From NCBI RefSeq assembly GCF_006345805.1, contig NC_043004.1:13516001-13580000 (forward strand): a stretch of DNA of 64,000 nt, in the 5' to 3' direction. This document shows, one piece after another, positions 1 to 12,717 of this stretch. The number at the start of each line of letters is the position of its first letter. Within the stretch, counting starts at the first letter, position 1. Under the pieces are notes generated by a model, which was not told the origin of the DNA, did no database searches, and was given only the letters and a program-made list of their open reading frames with translations. This DNA comes from Octopus sinensis (Eukaryota). Both the position numbers and the translations under genes were made by a program.

Positions 1-678
1 TTCAATTATATTTTCTAAAGGAATATTTCTTTCACACGAGTTTAATTTGTCAGTATTATGAAGACAAAGAACTGTTCCATTTACGACAGCTACTGTATCT
101 AAGAATGCATCACGCATCTACATCATATTTATTTAAACTAATGAGTCCTACCACTAGAGCCGAACTTTGATCTGTCGGTACTTCCATCAATTCATGATAG
201 AAAATTTTGTTTTCTAACGGAGTTTTGATATAACTCCTTTTCTTGAAAGTTTATTCCGTTCTGAGTGACGTGCCAAAGACTTCTTTTTGTTGGTAATTCT
301 TCCTCAATCTTACTGTCCGAAAATTTCTTTTATCAACCGTCAGAATGTTACCAACGGTTGCAAAAACAAATATGTTTTAGATGCCAAAAATAAGCAGTTC
401 ACATTAAATTCGTTCTTTTTCAGTTGACTTCTTTTTCACCATGAGCTGAGAAACATTTCTCCCTAGATTTATCTGCATTAAAACATTTCTTATGTTTCAG
501 AGATTTTTGTCAAATTGGCACGATGTATTTTAGTATTCAGAGCAATGTAGTAGAATTTAGAATAGCTAGATATGTTTTTATATTTATAATCTTGAAACGA
601 ATAATTAAATTCAGTAATTTTCAGCCATTTTTGTTGAAAAGCTGCAAAACATTTTTGAAGGGTTTGTTTCCATTTCAG

Positions 679-831
679 GACCCATTCGTTGCGGATAAAT
701 GGTATCACAAAAAAAGCAATAAGGTTATGGTTACGGAAAGAGGGACCACTGATACACAAGTCACGAAGAACGACAAATACCAACACTGGACTGAGGCTAC
801 TAGGCGAAAGGAACTAATGGAACTAATGTAG
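679..831 (+). CDS. Candidate terminal coding exon of an unidentified gene (DPFVADKWYHKKSNKVMVTERGTTDTQVTKNDKYQHWTEATRRKELMELM*)
   Basis: Acceptor-like tttgtttccatttcag ends at 678 and is followed by an open phase-0 frame to TAG at 829-831. Composition is non-repetitive. No family recognised. Confidence 0.35.
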   Translation, partial: DPFVADKWYHKKSNKVMVTERGTTDTQVTKNDKYQHWTEATRRKELMELM

Positions 832-1252
832 CATAGCACATCCATAAACTCTCTCACAAACATGATTATATGAGTGTTTTTATGCATGTATATGCATATG
901 AGTACATTCTTAATGTCTAAGTGTAAACATATACGTGTGTGTGAATATATATACAATATATATGTATGTACAGTAGCGAGCAACAAAAATAGAACTATTA
1001 ATATTTTTTTGAATGTCGGAAAAGATAGTAATCGTACAGTTTCGTAAACACGGATAACCATTAGCTAAATTCTGTGAAAAATCTAAGTTTGTACAATGGT
1101 CTTAATAAAAGTTAATCTCACCAACGCTAGTTTCGTCCAAATGTCTCATGTGCAAAATAAGAGAACGATTAGATTTCTTCAGAAGTTTCTAGAATGTTTA
1201 CATTTGCAGACTCAACGTTACTACCGTCTCATTATTGTGCTAGCTTCCGAAC

Positions 1253-1770
1253 ATGGCACACCACGCTAAAGTTACTCCCGACCTCCGAAAAGAAATGCTC
1301 AGAATGAAAGTTTCAGGAATGACTCTCCTGGCTATTTCACGAGACGTAGGGGGTCTAAGAGTGTAGTTTCACGTGTTCTTAAGCTCTATGAACAAAATAA
1401 AGGTTTTGAACCAAAAAAGGCAACTGGTAGATCACGCAAAACCACCATCCGAGATGATCGAGCCATGAAACGGTATGTATTGAAGGCGGAGAGCTGGCAG
1501 AAACGTTAGCACGCCGGGCGAAATGCTTAACGGTATTTCGCTTGTCGTTACGTTGTGAGTTCAAATTCCGCCGAGGTTGACTTTGCCTTTCATCCTTTCG
1601 GGGTCGATAAATTAAGTACCAGTTACGCACTGGGGTCGATGTAATCGACTTAATACCTATGTCTGTCCTTGTTTGTCCCCTCTATATTTAGCCCCTTGTG
1701 GGTAATAAAGAAATAGGTATGTATTGAAGGATCCCTTCGAGACTGCGAGTGGAATTCTAAAAAAAATAAT
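1253..1770 (+). mobile_element. Tc1-family transposase N-terminal remnant, frameshifted and split by a SINE
   Basis: With one frameshift and the SINE removed it reads MAHHAKVTPDLRKEMLRMKVSGMTLLAISRDVG/SKSVVSRVLKLYEQNKGFEPKKATGRSRKTTIRDDRAMKRYVLK|DPFETASGI. This matches the Tc1 paired-like HTH, the GRPR-like linker and the DPF motif. Confidence 0.8.
1487..1715 (+). mobile_element. tRNA-derived SINE, 'B-tail' form, solo copy with 15-bp TSD
   Basis: Head ggcggagagctggcagaaacgttagc, B-box-like gagttcaaattcc, tail ...gccccttgtgggtaataaagaaata. TSD ggtatgtattgaagg at 1472-1486 and 1716-1730. Confidence 0.9.
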
Positions 1771-2900
1771 AGTAAATAATGCTAGTGCCTCATCGTCTGA
1801 AGGAATTTGGATTAAAGACTTCTTCCTCGGCAACGAAACCTACCATCAGCCAGATGAACAAATTGGGAAGATTTTCATTTGCAGTTAGAGGCTAACCTTA
1901 AGTAACCTAGATTTTGAGTTGGTGATAATAGCACTGACTGCTGCTAATCTACATGTATCAATAATTATTCAATACAACATTAATTATAAAGTCATATCAC
2001 ATATACACAAGTTAAAATTACCTACTTCCCATTAATATAAATTTGATTTATGAAAACTCCCTTTTAATTAATTTTGAAATTTAAGAAGTAAATTTAGAAT
2101 ATAAGCACTTTTAACCAATGCCTTTTCTGGACAGCCTTACAACATGTCTACAGGTCTGCCCATAGAGACACAGATAAAAATGACTATATCCCTGCCCCAA
2201 TAAATTTAGATGCACATATAACCCATTAATAAATTAGCCTGATTAAATAACTAAAAAGAAAAGGAAAACAACTAAAAGGGAAAGGCGAAAAAAAAGAAAG
2301 CAAGTTAATTACAGCTATTAAAAATAATTTTATTAAAAAAATAAAATATACGGGAGGGAAAGTCGACTACGGTGGAATTTGAACTCAGACGAGTTGAAGA
2401 CAGACGAAATACCGTCTGTCAACTCGATACGTTAGAATGTAAGAATTCACTTTAGAAAATATTCTTATCGTAACATTATTGGTACGTTACTTCTTCCTTC
2501 CTCACTTACTGACAATAAATTTCATAACATTTCACCTCATAACTTTTTCTTCTACTAATTTTTGTTCAATGCGACTAACGTTTCTGAATTCCCCATGCAT
2601 TTTTCTTTCATTACAGCCTAAGAAAAGTATACTTTTATTTTAGAATAAAATAGAAATTGTTAATTAAAGATGAATAAGTGCCTTACTGCCTACCTTTAGA
2701 ACTGACATATTTTGATGTAACTTTTTTTTTCTACTGAACCAGATCTCAAACTATTAATACCAAAGTGTAGCTGAGGAGATGTCCTCTTGAAAACTGTTAA
2801 CATTTTGCAATTTAGTTGAGAACTGAATTAGTGGTGAAGCTTGGGAGCTGCTGCGATTGATGAATTGGTGGACTTAAAAATATATTCAACCACTACCATG

Positions 2901-2932
<32 letters not shown>

Positions 2933-3341
2933 TACATACATACGTATTTCGTACCTACTTACATATATACATATCCATACATATCCACAACTATGTATGT
3001 TTTTATGTATGAGTATAGTATAAGTTCTTTTTAAAGATTTATTGATCGAAAATACGCAGATTATAAAATAATTTCAAGATATAAACTCAGAAACCGGATT
3101 GTTGGAGAGAAACCAGTTCCGGAGAAAAAACATGACGGACAGATCTGGTCCAGTCAATTTCTTTTTAGTACAACTCGTCTGCAACTGAATCCAGTTACAT
3201 ACCCAGGAAAAGCATTGCCACCGCACGATCAGCACATCTCTATGCACTTATGCCATGGCTGAAATATTGGTAGGACATTTAAACCATGTTGAAGCTGATG
3301 AGTCTTAAATTCTCCGTGAAATTATCTAACTGATTCCCTTG

Positions 3342-3482
3342 CTGAAAAACGAAAAACGTGAACAGGCTGGATTTCAGGTGAACTGTGGGGTAAGAAACGT
3401 AAGCATCAGTCAAGCTTCAACGAGAAAACAGGCCATGTCAAGCTATGTAGATTTCGAACTCTTACCTCGTGAAAATCATTAA
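3342..3482 (+). mobile_element. Possible degenerate non-LTR retrotransposon RT fragment
   Basis: Frame reads KREQAGFQ...SYVDFE, resembling the EQAGFR...FVDFEKAF motifs of RTE/CR1 RTs. Spacing is shorter than canonical. Confidence 0.3.
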
Positions 3483-3871
3483 TCAACCAGGTCACCATTC
3501 TCAATGATTGACAAATGTGCAATTTAGCATTTAAACAGACTCTCAGTCCATATTTGGCCCAAATAACTACATTTTGTATGTTGAAAATGACCAAAAATTT
3601 GGTTCCCATATTTACTCTTAAATGTCATACTAAAAGTTAAGCATAATCGAAATCACAATGCTACAAGATAATGCATGATTAATTGAAAATAATATGAATG
3701 AATAAGTATCACATTTGACAGATTTATCTGAATGCTAAAGTGTCGAACAAGCATGCCACTGTTACAAGGAAATGGGGGACATGCGACTACAGCTGGTCAT
3801 CCGATGCAGTAGTCGAAAAATATAATCCAGTACATGTCAATCCACGAATACCTTGAATCGAAAATAGATAG

Positions 3872-3942
<71 letters not shown>

Positions 3943-3944
<2 letters not shown>

Positions 3945-4250
3945 TAGTCGAAAGACGCCTGTTGTGATGTCCTGTTAATATTATTATTGTTTTTTCCTAT
4001 TATTTTTGTGATCATATTCATGTAACATCGTCCGTTTTTCCGTCCTTGTTTCGTACATCTTCGAAGCTTTTTTTCCAAGGAATCTAATGCTGTTAGCTTA
4101 GTTTTTCTCGGGGCTGGCCAGATTGGAGCAAACTCAAGATTAATCAGCCGAAATTGCGAGGATGATCCGGTTCTTGATTAAAGGCTTCGAATGACCCGTC
4201 CGTGTTTTTTGTATCGTCTTCTGGATGTTTTGCGTTCTTGTCTCATTTTG
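3943..4250. repeat. Interspersed repeat between (TA)n tracts; related partial copy at about 14260-14400
   Basis: Both loci share caagattaatcagccgaaattgc...gatgatc(c/t)ggttcttga...ggcttcgaatg...ccgtcc. Confidence 0.7.
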
Positions 4251-4281
<31 letters not shown>

Positions 4282-4789
4282 TGCAATAGTCGGGATATCA
4301 GTCGCATAATCACAAAATATTGCCTTTATAGAATCCTGGCCTATCCTACCATGCTTCCGTGCTACTCATTCGTTTAGGCGGTGCCTTAGTCAATATCGCA
4401 AACGAACTACGAACAAAGAAAAGCATATTAAAATGGCTTCTGTTATTTTTAAACAAAGTGCCATTAATGACATTCTATGTATTTTCTATGCAACTGTATT
4501 TTAATTCTTTATAGTCTCTTAATGTTTTTAACAATTAGATGAATTTCTTTTTTATCAATCATTTGTGGTCTCTGAAGATATCCTGATAACACACTGCAAC
4601 GAAATTCTCTTTCCCAATAATGCATTATGATATTCTGCTTCCATTTCGAGACATTTCTCTCCTAATAACTGCATTAAAAACTTGGCTAATTTGCTATTAC
4701 TTGACATAGCTATATCTCTTCTACACTGCTCGATGAAAATTTATATATCTTCACATAAATTTTTTAAGTGTTTAAGTAACAGAATGGTT

Positions 4790-4804
4790 CGTAGATAGAT
4801 CGAC

Positions 4805-4874
<70 letters not shown>

Positions 4875-4959
4875 GTAGGTAGGTAGGTAGGTAGGTAGGT
4901 AAGTATGTAGATAGGTAGGTAGGTAGATAGGTAGATAGGTAGATAGATAAGTGGATAGG

Positions 4960-5002
<43 letters not shown>

Positions 5003-5749
5003 GTAGATAGATAGATAGATAGGTAGATAGATAGATAAGTTTCTTTATTGGCCACACAGGGCTGTACACAGATGGGACAAGTTACAAGGTAGAGCTTTTC
5101 TTTTGGGGGATGAAAAAAAGGGGGTGGCGTAGGGGAAAAAAGGGGAAGAGGAAAAAAAGAACGATCAATAGGGATCGTGTATCACAGTGTTATGATATAT
5201 GGTGTAAAGGGGAAAGCAAGTAAGGTTTATCCGTGGGAAGAAAAGTCTACGAAAAAGACCACGGTAACCTTGGTCAATATTGTTATATGTTACCACATTT
5301 GTTTGCAAGTGGGTAACCCTCTGTTTTCAATTTCTGGGTTCATAGGATTATGCTCAAGGTGGCTTCGTCATTCATACGTGCCATCCTTGCTACATTCACC
5401 CATCTTTTTTTAAAACATTCGCTAGACAAAACTTGCCTCTCTACTTTCACTTTCCTTTTCAAGTGGTACTTGAAGAAGTTGATGAGAGATTGACCAGAGA
5501 GGAAAGTGTTTGTCTCCAATCCTTTCAGACGCGTCCACCAGATACATTCTTTCGCCATAGCCACAAGGATGATGAAAATAGCTGATAGATAGATAGATAG
5601 ATAGATAGATAGGTAGATAAGTAAATAGATAGATAGATAGACATATAGATAGGTAGATATGTAGATAGATAGATAGATAGATAGGTGGATAGGTAGACAT
5701 ATAGATAGATAGACAGATAGATAGGTAGACAGATAGATTGGTAGATAGG

Positions 5750-5785
<36 letters not shown>
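4790..5785. repeat. (GATA)n/(GGTA)n microsatellite interrupted by a LINE fragment
   Basis: Tetranucleotide runs at about 4790-5037 and 5584-5785. Confidence 0.95.
5038..5583 (-). mobile_element. 5'-truncated Tx1/L1-clade LINE: ORF2 C-terminus plus 3' UTR
   Basis: Minus frame 5583-5340 reads [67 protein letters not shown]..., the W..R...F..RW tail typical of Tx1/L1 ORF2. The 3' UTR ends in AATAAA. Confidence 0.75.
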
Positions 5786-5786
<1 letters not shown>

Positions 5787-6118
5787 TGATACCGAAATAT
5801 TCAATGCTTGTGTTGTACTAGACAATTCGAAACGCGTGTAAGCTAAATAAACCATTGATAATGCATTTTCATTGTTCATGGTTTTACATACTTATATGTC
5901 TCAAACTTACCTTCATATTCTTTCCTTACAAATTCTCTCACTTTCTCCACTCCCTTTCTCTCAAATGTTCCATTGAATTGGAAAGTCACATGGTACAAAC
6001 AAAGGAGGACTGGCTAACACACAAGAACATACTATTCACAGATTAAAATTCTACGATATAACTAATATGTGCGTGTATGTGTGTGTGTGTGTGAATGTGT
6101 CTGTGTGTGTATATATTC

Positions 6119-6185
<67 letters not shown>

Positions 6186-6393
6186 GCGCCTATGGAACAG
6201 TAAAGTCTACATAAATACATACGTATATATACTGTATATACATACATACACACAAACACACACACATACAGACACATACACACACGTTTATATATATATA
6301 TATATATATGTAGGTCCCGGGTTGAGTCGGGGTTAACCACAGTAAATAAGGTACTCAATACATAGCAGAGTAAATTAATTTATTTTATAGAAG

Positions 6394-6446
6394 GAGCTTC
6401 TACAGGACTAGAACTGTTTCATTCAAAAGAATTCATCAGGAAGCTC
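6394..6446 (-). ncRNA. Type I hammerhead ribozyme motif with intact canonical core
   Basis: Minus strand: GAGCUUC-CUGAUGA-AUUC(UUUU)GAAU-GAAA-CAG(UUCUAGUC)CUG-UA-GAAGCUC. 7-bp stem I, 4-bp stem II, 4-bp stem III, GUA cleavage triplet. Confidence 0.85.
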
Positions 6447-6595
6447 ATATATATATATATAAGTTGTGTTTTATCTCAACACGTTGATTGAATCCTACAT
6501 TTTGATGAACACTGTAATGATTGCAGATGGTGTATTTCCCTTTTTACCTCTCTTATTATTTGTTTTATTTATTTCCATTTCATATATTGGTCTTC

Positions 6596-6665
<70 letters not shown>

Positions 6666-7310
6666 ACTATCCTCTTTCTCCCTTTCGCTATCTTTCTCCC
6701 TTTCATCCTATTATTCTTTCATTTTTCCTTCATTTCATCTAGGCTCAGTATCTTCAATTCGTCGCTATCTTTAATCTAAAATCTAATATAAAATTTGCAA
6801 GGTATGTAATGAAGATGATTCAGTAAAAACAGCTCTTGTAGCATAGCAATGCATATCAGGGTTAAAGCTGGAAACAGTGTCAACAGAGACCAATATAGCT
6901 GGCTGTGTAATGTGATAAAATCCAATTCGAGGTATCACGTTAACAGATATCCAATAATATCACATTTATGAACACGCACACCTACTCCTACTCGCCCCAC
7001 CTCTTACCATGCCCGCAACAACAATATCTTTCGTATGTCACTGTCTCCCTTTCTCTGTCCCCTCCCTTTCTCTCCCTCTCTCTCTCTCTCGATCCACCTA
7101 TCTGTTTCTCTTTCTATATGTGTATGTGTGTGTGCCTATATGTGCGGATGTATATGTTTATGTGTCCATTTGTATGTATATATGTGAGCATATATATGGG
7201 TGTATGTGTATATATACGGTATATATATATGTATATAATATATATATATATAATGTATATAATATATATATATATATGTATATAATATATATATATAATA
7301 TATATATATA

Positions 7311-7386
<76 letters not shown>

Positions 7387-7728
7387 AATATAATATATAT
7401 ATATGTATGTATATATATATAGGGGAAGAGTTCACGAAAAAACAAAATACGAATACATATTTATAATATATATATATGTATATATGTATGTGCATGTACG
7501 GGTATATATATATGTGTGTGTGTGTCCATGCTTACAAGAAAGTGTATGTGGGTGGGTGTGTGCTTAAATTTCTTAATGATTACCCTATTTTCACGCAAAA
7601 CGTATTATGTATACGTGTAGATATACCTATGTGTGTCTGCATGTGTGTTTATGCCTAAATGAATGCGTGCGTGTATGTGAGTGAGTGCGTGCACGCACGT
7701 AACACACACATACACACACACACATATA

Positions 7729-7766
<38 letters not shown>

Positions 7767-8065
7767 TTTCATCATTAGACATCTATGCGTATGTATCGTT
7801 CTGCGTAAATAAAACAAACAATCCTCCCCAACCCGACACGCCCATACTCGCATATATACACATGAATGTATTCAAACATTATCATTCTGAGAATGTAATA
7901 GGTAAATTTTTGGACGCATTAAGCTGCGCATTATATTTCTATCCAATATATATTGAAATTTGAAATATTTGAGTATTTCGTCTATTTATATACACAAGTG
8001 TGTGTTTGTATGTATGTGTACGTGCCTTCGTCTATATTCACATATTTTATTTGTTTTTCTATTTA

Positions 8066-8246
8066 TGCGAGGGTCTGCTGAAAAGTTCCTGGCTTTAAGG
8101 GTATCGCGAAAGGCTTGTTTGGATGCCCAACCTCCCAAGTTCTTTTGCAGGGCTTAGAAAAACTGAAGGACTGCTGCAATAACCGACCCTCTTATATATT
8201 TTTTCTTTTACCCAAAACCAGGAATTTTTCAGCCCCCATCCTCATA
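8066..8246 (+). mobile_element. Mariner-derived MITE, copy 1
   Basis: TIR-like ends gagggtctgctgaaaagttcctgg and ccaggaatttttcagcccccatcctc. Interior resembles the mariner C-terminal coding region. Confidence 0.7.
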
Positions 8247-8278
8247 ATTCAGTTTGTATGTATATATCAGGCGAGTGG

Positions 8279-8499
8279 GAGGGGTAGCTGCAATGTTTCT
8301 GTCTTTAAGGGTGTCGCGAAAGGCGTAGATGGAGGCCCAAACTTCTGAGATCTTTTGCAGGGCTTAGAAAAACTGAAGGACCACTGCAATAAATGTGTAA
8401 ATCTGAGAGAGGAATATGTTGAATACAATCATAATTAACTGATCCTCCTGTAATTTTTTTTTTTACCGAAAACCAGGAACATTTCAGCAACCCCTCATA
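8279..8499 (+). mobile_element. Mariner-derived MITE, copy 2; partial inverted relative at about 48828-48950
   Basis: Shares ttttgcagggcttagaaaaactgaaggac with copy 1. Encodes ...GLEKLKDHCNKCVNLREEYVE, a mariner C-terminal motif. Confidence 0.7.
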
Positions 8500-8569
8500 A
8501 TTCACTTTGTATGTGTATATCATATGAGTGGTTTGTGTGTATGTTTGTATGTGTGTTTCTGCATGCATG

Positions 8570-9050
8570 TGCGCCCTAGTATTTGGGTTATTCGGCTCAC
8601 AATCATAAAATCGTAAGTCCAAAACCCAACGGAGCGTTGTGCCCTTTATTCACACCTTATTTCACACTGCTCCAGTTAACTCAGCTGGCACAAATGAGTA
8701 GTACTTGCTATTCAAAAGGCCAACCTTGTCCCACGCCAAAATCCCGCTGAGAACTACGGTAAGGGCAAGCGCATCTTTGTGGAGTGCTCAGCCACTGGTA
8801 CATTAATGTCACGAGCAGGCTATTTCTTTGATCGGGTCAGCTGGGACACTGGTCTTTGTAATCAATGTTGTGCCAGTGTGTGTGCGAATAATGCGTGGCT
8901 TACTGGTTAGAGTGCTGCTCTTAGAATTGCCAGGTCGTGGCTTCGATTCCCAGAGCAGTAGTAAAACACTTCATTTTTACTTAGCTCTAAATAATCTTGC
9001 GACGGAGTGACACCCTGTTCAAGGGAGAACGTTTGACTGCCGCCTAGCCA
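8570..9050 (+). mobile_element. Two adjacent degenerate tRNA/CORE-like SINEs; relatives at about 37295-37450 (-), 37720-37885 (-) and 63030-63170 (-)
   Basis: CORE-like tttcacactgctccagttaactcagctg, head tggttagagtg...ttcgattccc, and reciprocal similarity to the other loci (ggagcaacgtgaaatg). Confidence 0.55.
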
Positions 9051-9356
9051 GAGAGATATATCATCGTATGAAGGTTAGAATAACACGAAGAAGCGCATTG
9101 TGATAAACGGTGTCTAACCATATCCGACAGTCTTATCGATGCAATGTTACAGTGATAAATGTATGTATTACCTGACTGTTTTCGAGCTTCTTTGTCACCA
9201 ACTGCATTCCATCACTCTCTCACCACCCCTAAAATAATGCGTAGAAGCGCATTGAGACCAGCGGTGTATAAACACATCCGACAGCCTGATAGATATATTT
9301 TTGTATGTATCTATTTCCTATCTATTATTTATTAATCTGTCTATGTATCTATCTAG

Positions 9357-9426
<70 letters not shown>

Positions 9427-9448
9427 TATATTATATATATATATATGC

Positions 9449-9558
<110 letters not shown>

Positions 9559-9639
9559 GATAGACAGATACATGTATGTGTGTGTGTGTCTGCTTGTACG
9601 TGTTATGCATGTTGTATATGTGTTTGTGTGTGTGTATAT

Positions 9640-9674
<35 letters not shown>

Positions 9675-9722
9675 TACATATATGCATATATACATATATA
9701 TGTATCTATCGTTGTGTATATG

Positions 9723-9762
<40 letters not shown>

Positions 9763-11004
9763 CACACACACACATCTCTGACTATATGGTTTTCATATAT
9801 TTGCATATGTGACACGACTGACACGTGCGTATACCAATGTAGTAACATGCGCGTGTACAACACATATTCATTTGTACAAATGATTCACATACGTTTATAC
9901 ACTTACATATGTTTTCGAAATCTATAGTGTATGCCGTAGTTGACCCATGAAACCGAATTCGACGGCGGCACAGCAATGACCTGTAGCGGTCAAATGTTAT
10001 CATAATGTTTCGGGAGATTTTTTTTTTTTTACTTCTAGATGACGAGACAAATTTTATCAATGATATCATGTGGAACGTTTCGTAGCAACGCAGTCTATAA
10101 TGTAAGAGGAACTAGAATTTTATTGCCATGTGAGGTTGCATAATCTCACTACTACAAACACATACTATTTTGGAATGTACTACTCACTCTAAATTTTTCA
10201 TTCATATAGAGACACTCATACATTCACACACATGTGTACGTATGCAGCATTGACATATATGCACCGATGGACACATCAACGTAGGAAGGCAAGTGCATGA
10301 ACATAGTCGAACGTTCGTATAAGCACGTAGTTGCTATATAAATCAATGCAAACAACATAGAAAATTACCGTTGTGCCACGGTCTCTAATTCTGTGTACTC
10401 CCCTCGACACACTCACACACACACACATACACACATATTTTCTACAGTTTCCTTATTTGGTCTAATGAAATCTAGTTTTTTACGTTTATGCAAATCAAAC
10501 ACAAATAAAACGCGCGCCTGCACTTACCCACACACGCATGTGTTTACATATATCTATACAAATACGAGGTGTCAAACCGTTTTTGTTTTGTTTTTGCACT
10601 GGAGATCGATCTATCAAATATAATTCTTGATTAACAATTTTACAGGATCCACTCTCCTGTACTTTTCATGACGCCCAGATTGTGATGCAGCATAGTAATG
10701 ATAGAATTTTTAAGACAAAGTACTCATGAACAGCGCATCTTACATAATGTGTTATGAACATATATATAGAAAGGGAGGATTTGAACTCATAGCAATAAAT
10801 GACGTGAATATCACAATGAATTTAAAATATAAAATTATCTTTGGAAAGAAGAAAAAACGCAATTAAAATAATTCCAGGACTTAAAGGAGTGCTTAGTGAG
10901 AAATAAGAGAAAGTTAGAACTGAGAGGATTTGAACTCACAGCAATAAATTACGTAAATATCACTGCTGATTGTATTTAGTCTGGCTCCTATGTGGGTCTT
11001 TCTG

Positions 11005-11307
11005 TGGAGGCACATGGCCTAGCGGTTAGAGCAGCGGACTCGCGGTCGAAGGATAGTGGGTTCGAATCTCAGACCGAGCGATGTGTGTGTTTATGAGCGA
11101 AAACAGTTAAGCTCCACGCAGCTCCGGCAGAAGGTATTGGCGAACGTCTGCTGACTCTTTCGCCACAGCTTTTTCTCACTCTTTCCTCCTGCATCTTGCA
11201 GTTCACCTGCGACGGACCGGCGTCCCGTGAAGGTGGGGAACCTATACGCCAAAGAAACCGGGAAACTGGGCCTTATGAGCCAGGTGTGGCTCGAGAAGGA
11301 ACAAACA
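11005..11307 (+). mobile_element. tRNA-Arg-derived SINE; further copies at 44410-44705 (-) and about 21900-22075 (-)
   Basis: Head ggcctagcggttagagcagcggactcgcggtc...gggttcgaatctc has a TCG anticodon-like loop. Central ctgcga(c/t)ggac(c/t)ggcgtcccg and agaaaccgggaaac are shared between copies. Confidence 0.85.
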
Positions 11308-12537
11308 TGTGTCTTTCTAGCTCTAATAATTTTTACTCAATTTTGAATCATATGCAAATGTGTAGATAAGTTGTTCACATTTTTATGAAATGGTTTCTGC
11401 TTGGTATCTTGTGTAGGAGAGTGAAATAATCTCGAATGAAGTTTGCAGTAGTAATGAGATTTTTCGGTTTGTCCTTAACTGGCAATCTCATGTTAAACTT
11501 ATTTTAGTCGAGCAGACACATACTACCATGCTAATACGATCAACTACGTGTTATTATCACCAAATCACCAACATGTATTCAACTAGCTATTGCACAGTTT
11601 TCTATTTATATTTGAGACAGTTTTTCTGATAAGATACATGACCTAACCCTTTTTAAGATGCGACTCCATAGCAACTAAGTGTATAATCTTAACCTCTTAA
11701 CACATCTATCTAACCACTCTTAACAGAACATGACACTATATTCCCGCTACAGTACATTGTGTGAAGTCCTAAACAAACTCCCCTGAGATATGATCGCATG
11801 CTATTTGAATGATAAAACTAAGTAATGAAACAACTAATATCCGTTGCAATATTCTCTGTGCAATACTGACTTCAAGTTTAAGAATATCTATAGAGCAAAT
11901 ATTAATTCAAGAAGTGTTTTACTTTTGTGTTTTCTACTATATTCCACAATATTCTACTCATAAATCCTTTGTAATTTATTCCCAATATCAATTTGCTTTA
12001 GAAGAATAACGTCGGCGTTTTATTAAAACATCTCCTTTGTTACTTTGCCACAATCAAAGATTCATTTATTACAGGAATGTATATATAGTCTTTTTTTTTC
12101 AACAATAAGATTTTATAAGTTTATAAAAGGCAGTACAGAACAAACAGGTCTATCAACGGTAATATCTTGTTACAACAATGGACTTTCATTCAGAATCGAT
12201 GTAGTCAGAACGACGCATACTCTATTAGGTGTAGTGTTTATATATCTGCCAAATTCTAGAATGAAACAATCTAAAAGAGAGACTAGTATTGGCAATATGA
12301 AATGAAAAGAAAATCATGTAAGAAACCTTAAATTATTTACATTTTCTCATATAATCAAAGGTACACAGACATGAACACACACAAACGCTCAGTCAGTAGT
12401 TCATTGCAAGAAAAAGTCATTTGCTATCAATCCCAATTATAAATTGAAATTACTATGAATTGCTATGCTGTAGACGCAACTACACATGTACATAAAATGT
12501 ATGATTGATTAAGAAAAAACATTAACACTGAGACTGA

Positions 12538-12717
12538 AAATATAAAATAATCTTTGGAAAGAAGGGAAAACACGATTAAAATAATTCCAGTACTTAATAG
12601 GGAGCTTAGTGAGAAGTAGGAGAAAGTTAACACCAATAGGATTTGAACTCACAGCAATTAAATCAAGTAAATATCACTATGAATTAATACTTTGTACTAC
12701 CGCTTCGGCCATCCAAT
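12538..12717 (-). mobile_element. tRNA-derived SINE-like element whose body recurs in tandem at 10770-10970
   Basis: Minus strand has A-box-like ggatggccgaagcggt and B-box-like gagttcaaatcc. The body aligns with the 149-bp-period repeat at 10770-10970. Confidence 0.6.

Noticed and set aside
3293-3325. CTGATGA followed by GAAA as a hammerhead
   Set aside because: There is no stem II or stem I complementarity. The same applies to CTGATGA near 14303, 52202 and 58213.
4100-4165. GGCTG...CAGCC-GAAA as a hammerhead stem II
   Set aside because: There is no CUGANGA or UUGANAA core upstream.
11005-11080. tRNA genes (also the heads at about 36000-36060 and 44630-44705)
   Set aside because: The tRNA-like heads run into SINE bodies and have no convincing acceptor stem.
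11375-11635. BACK-domain-like peptide (EIISNEVCSSNEIFRFVLNWQSH)
   Set aside because: Similarity is short, there is an in-frame stop, and no recognisable BTB or kelch repeats are nearby.
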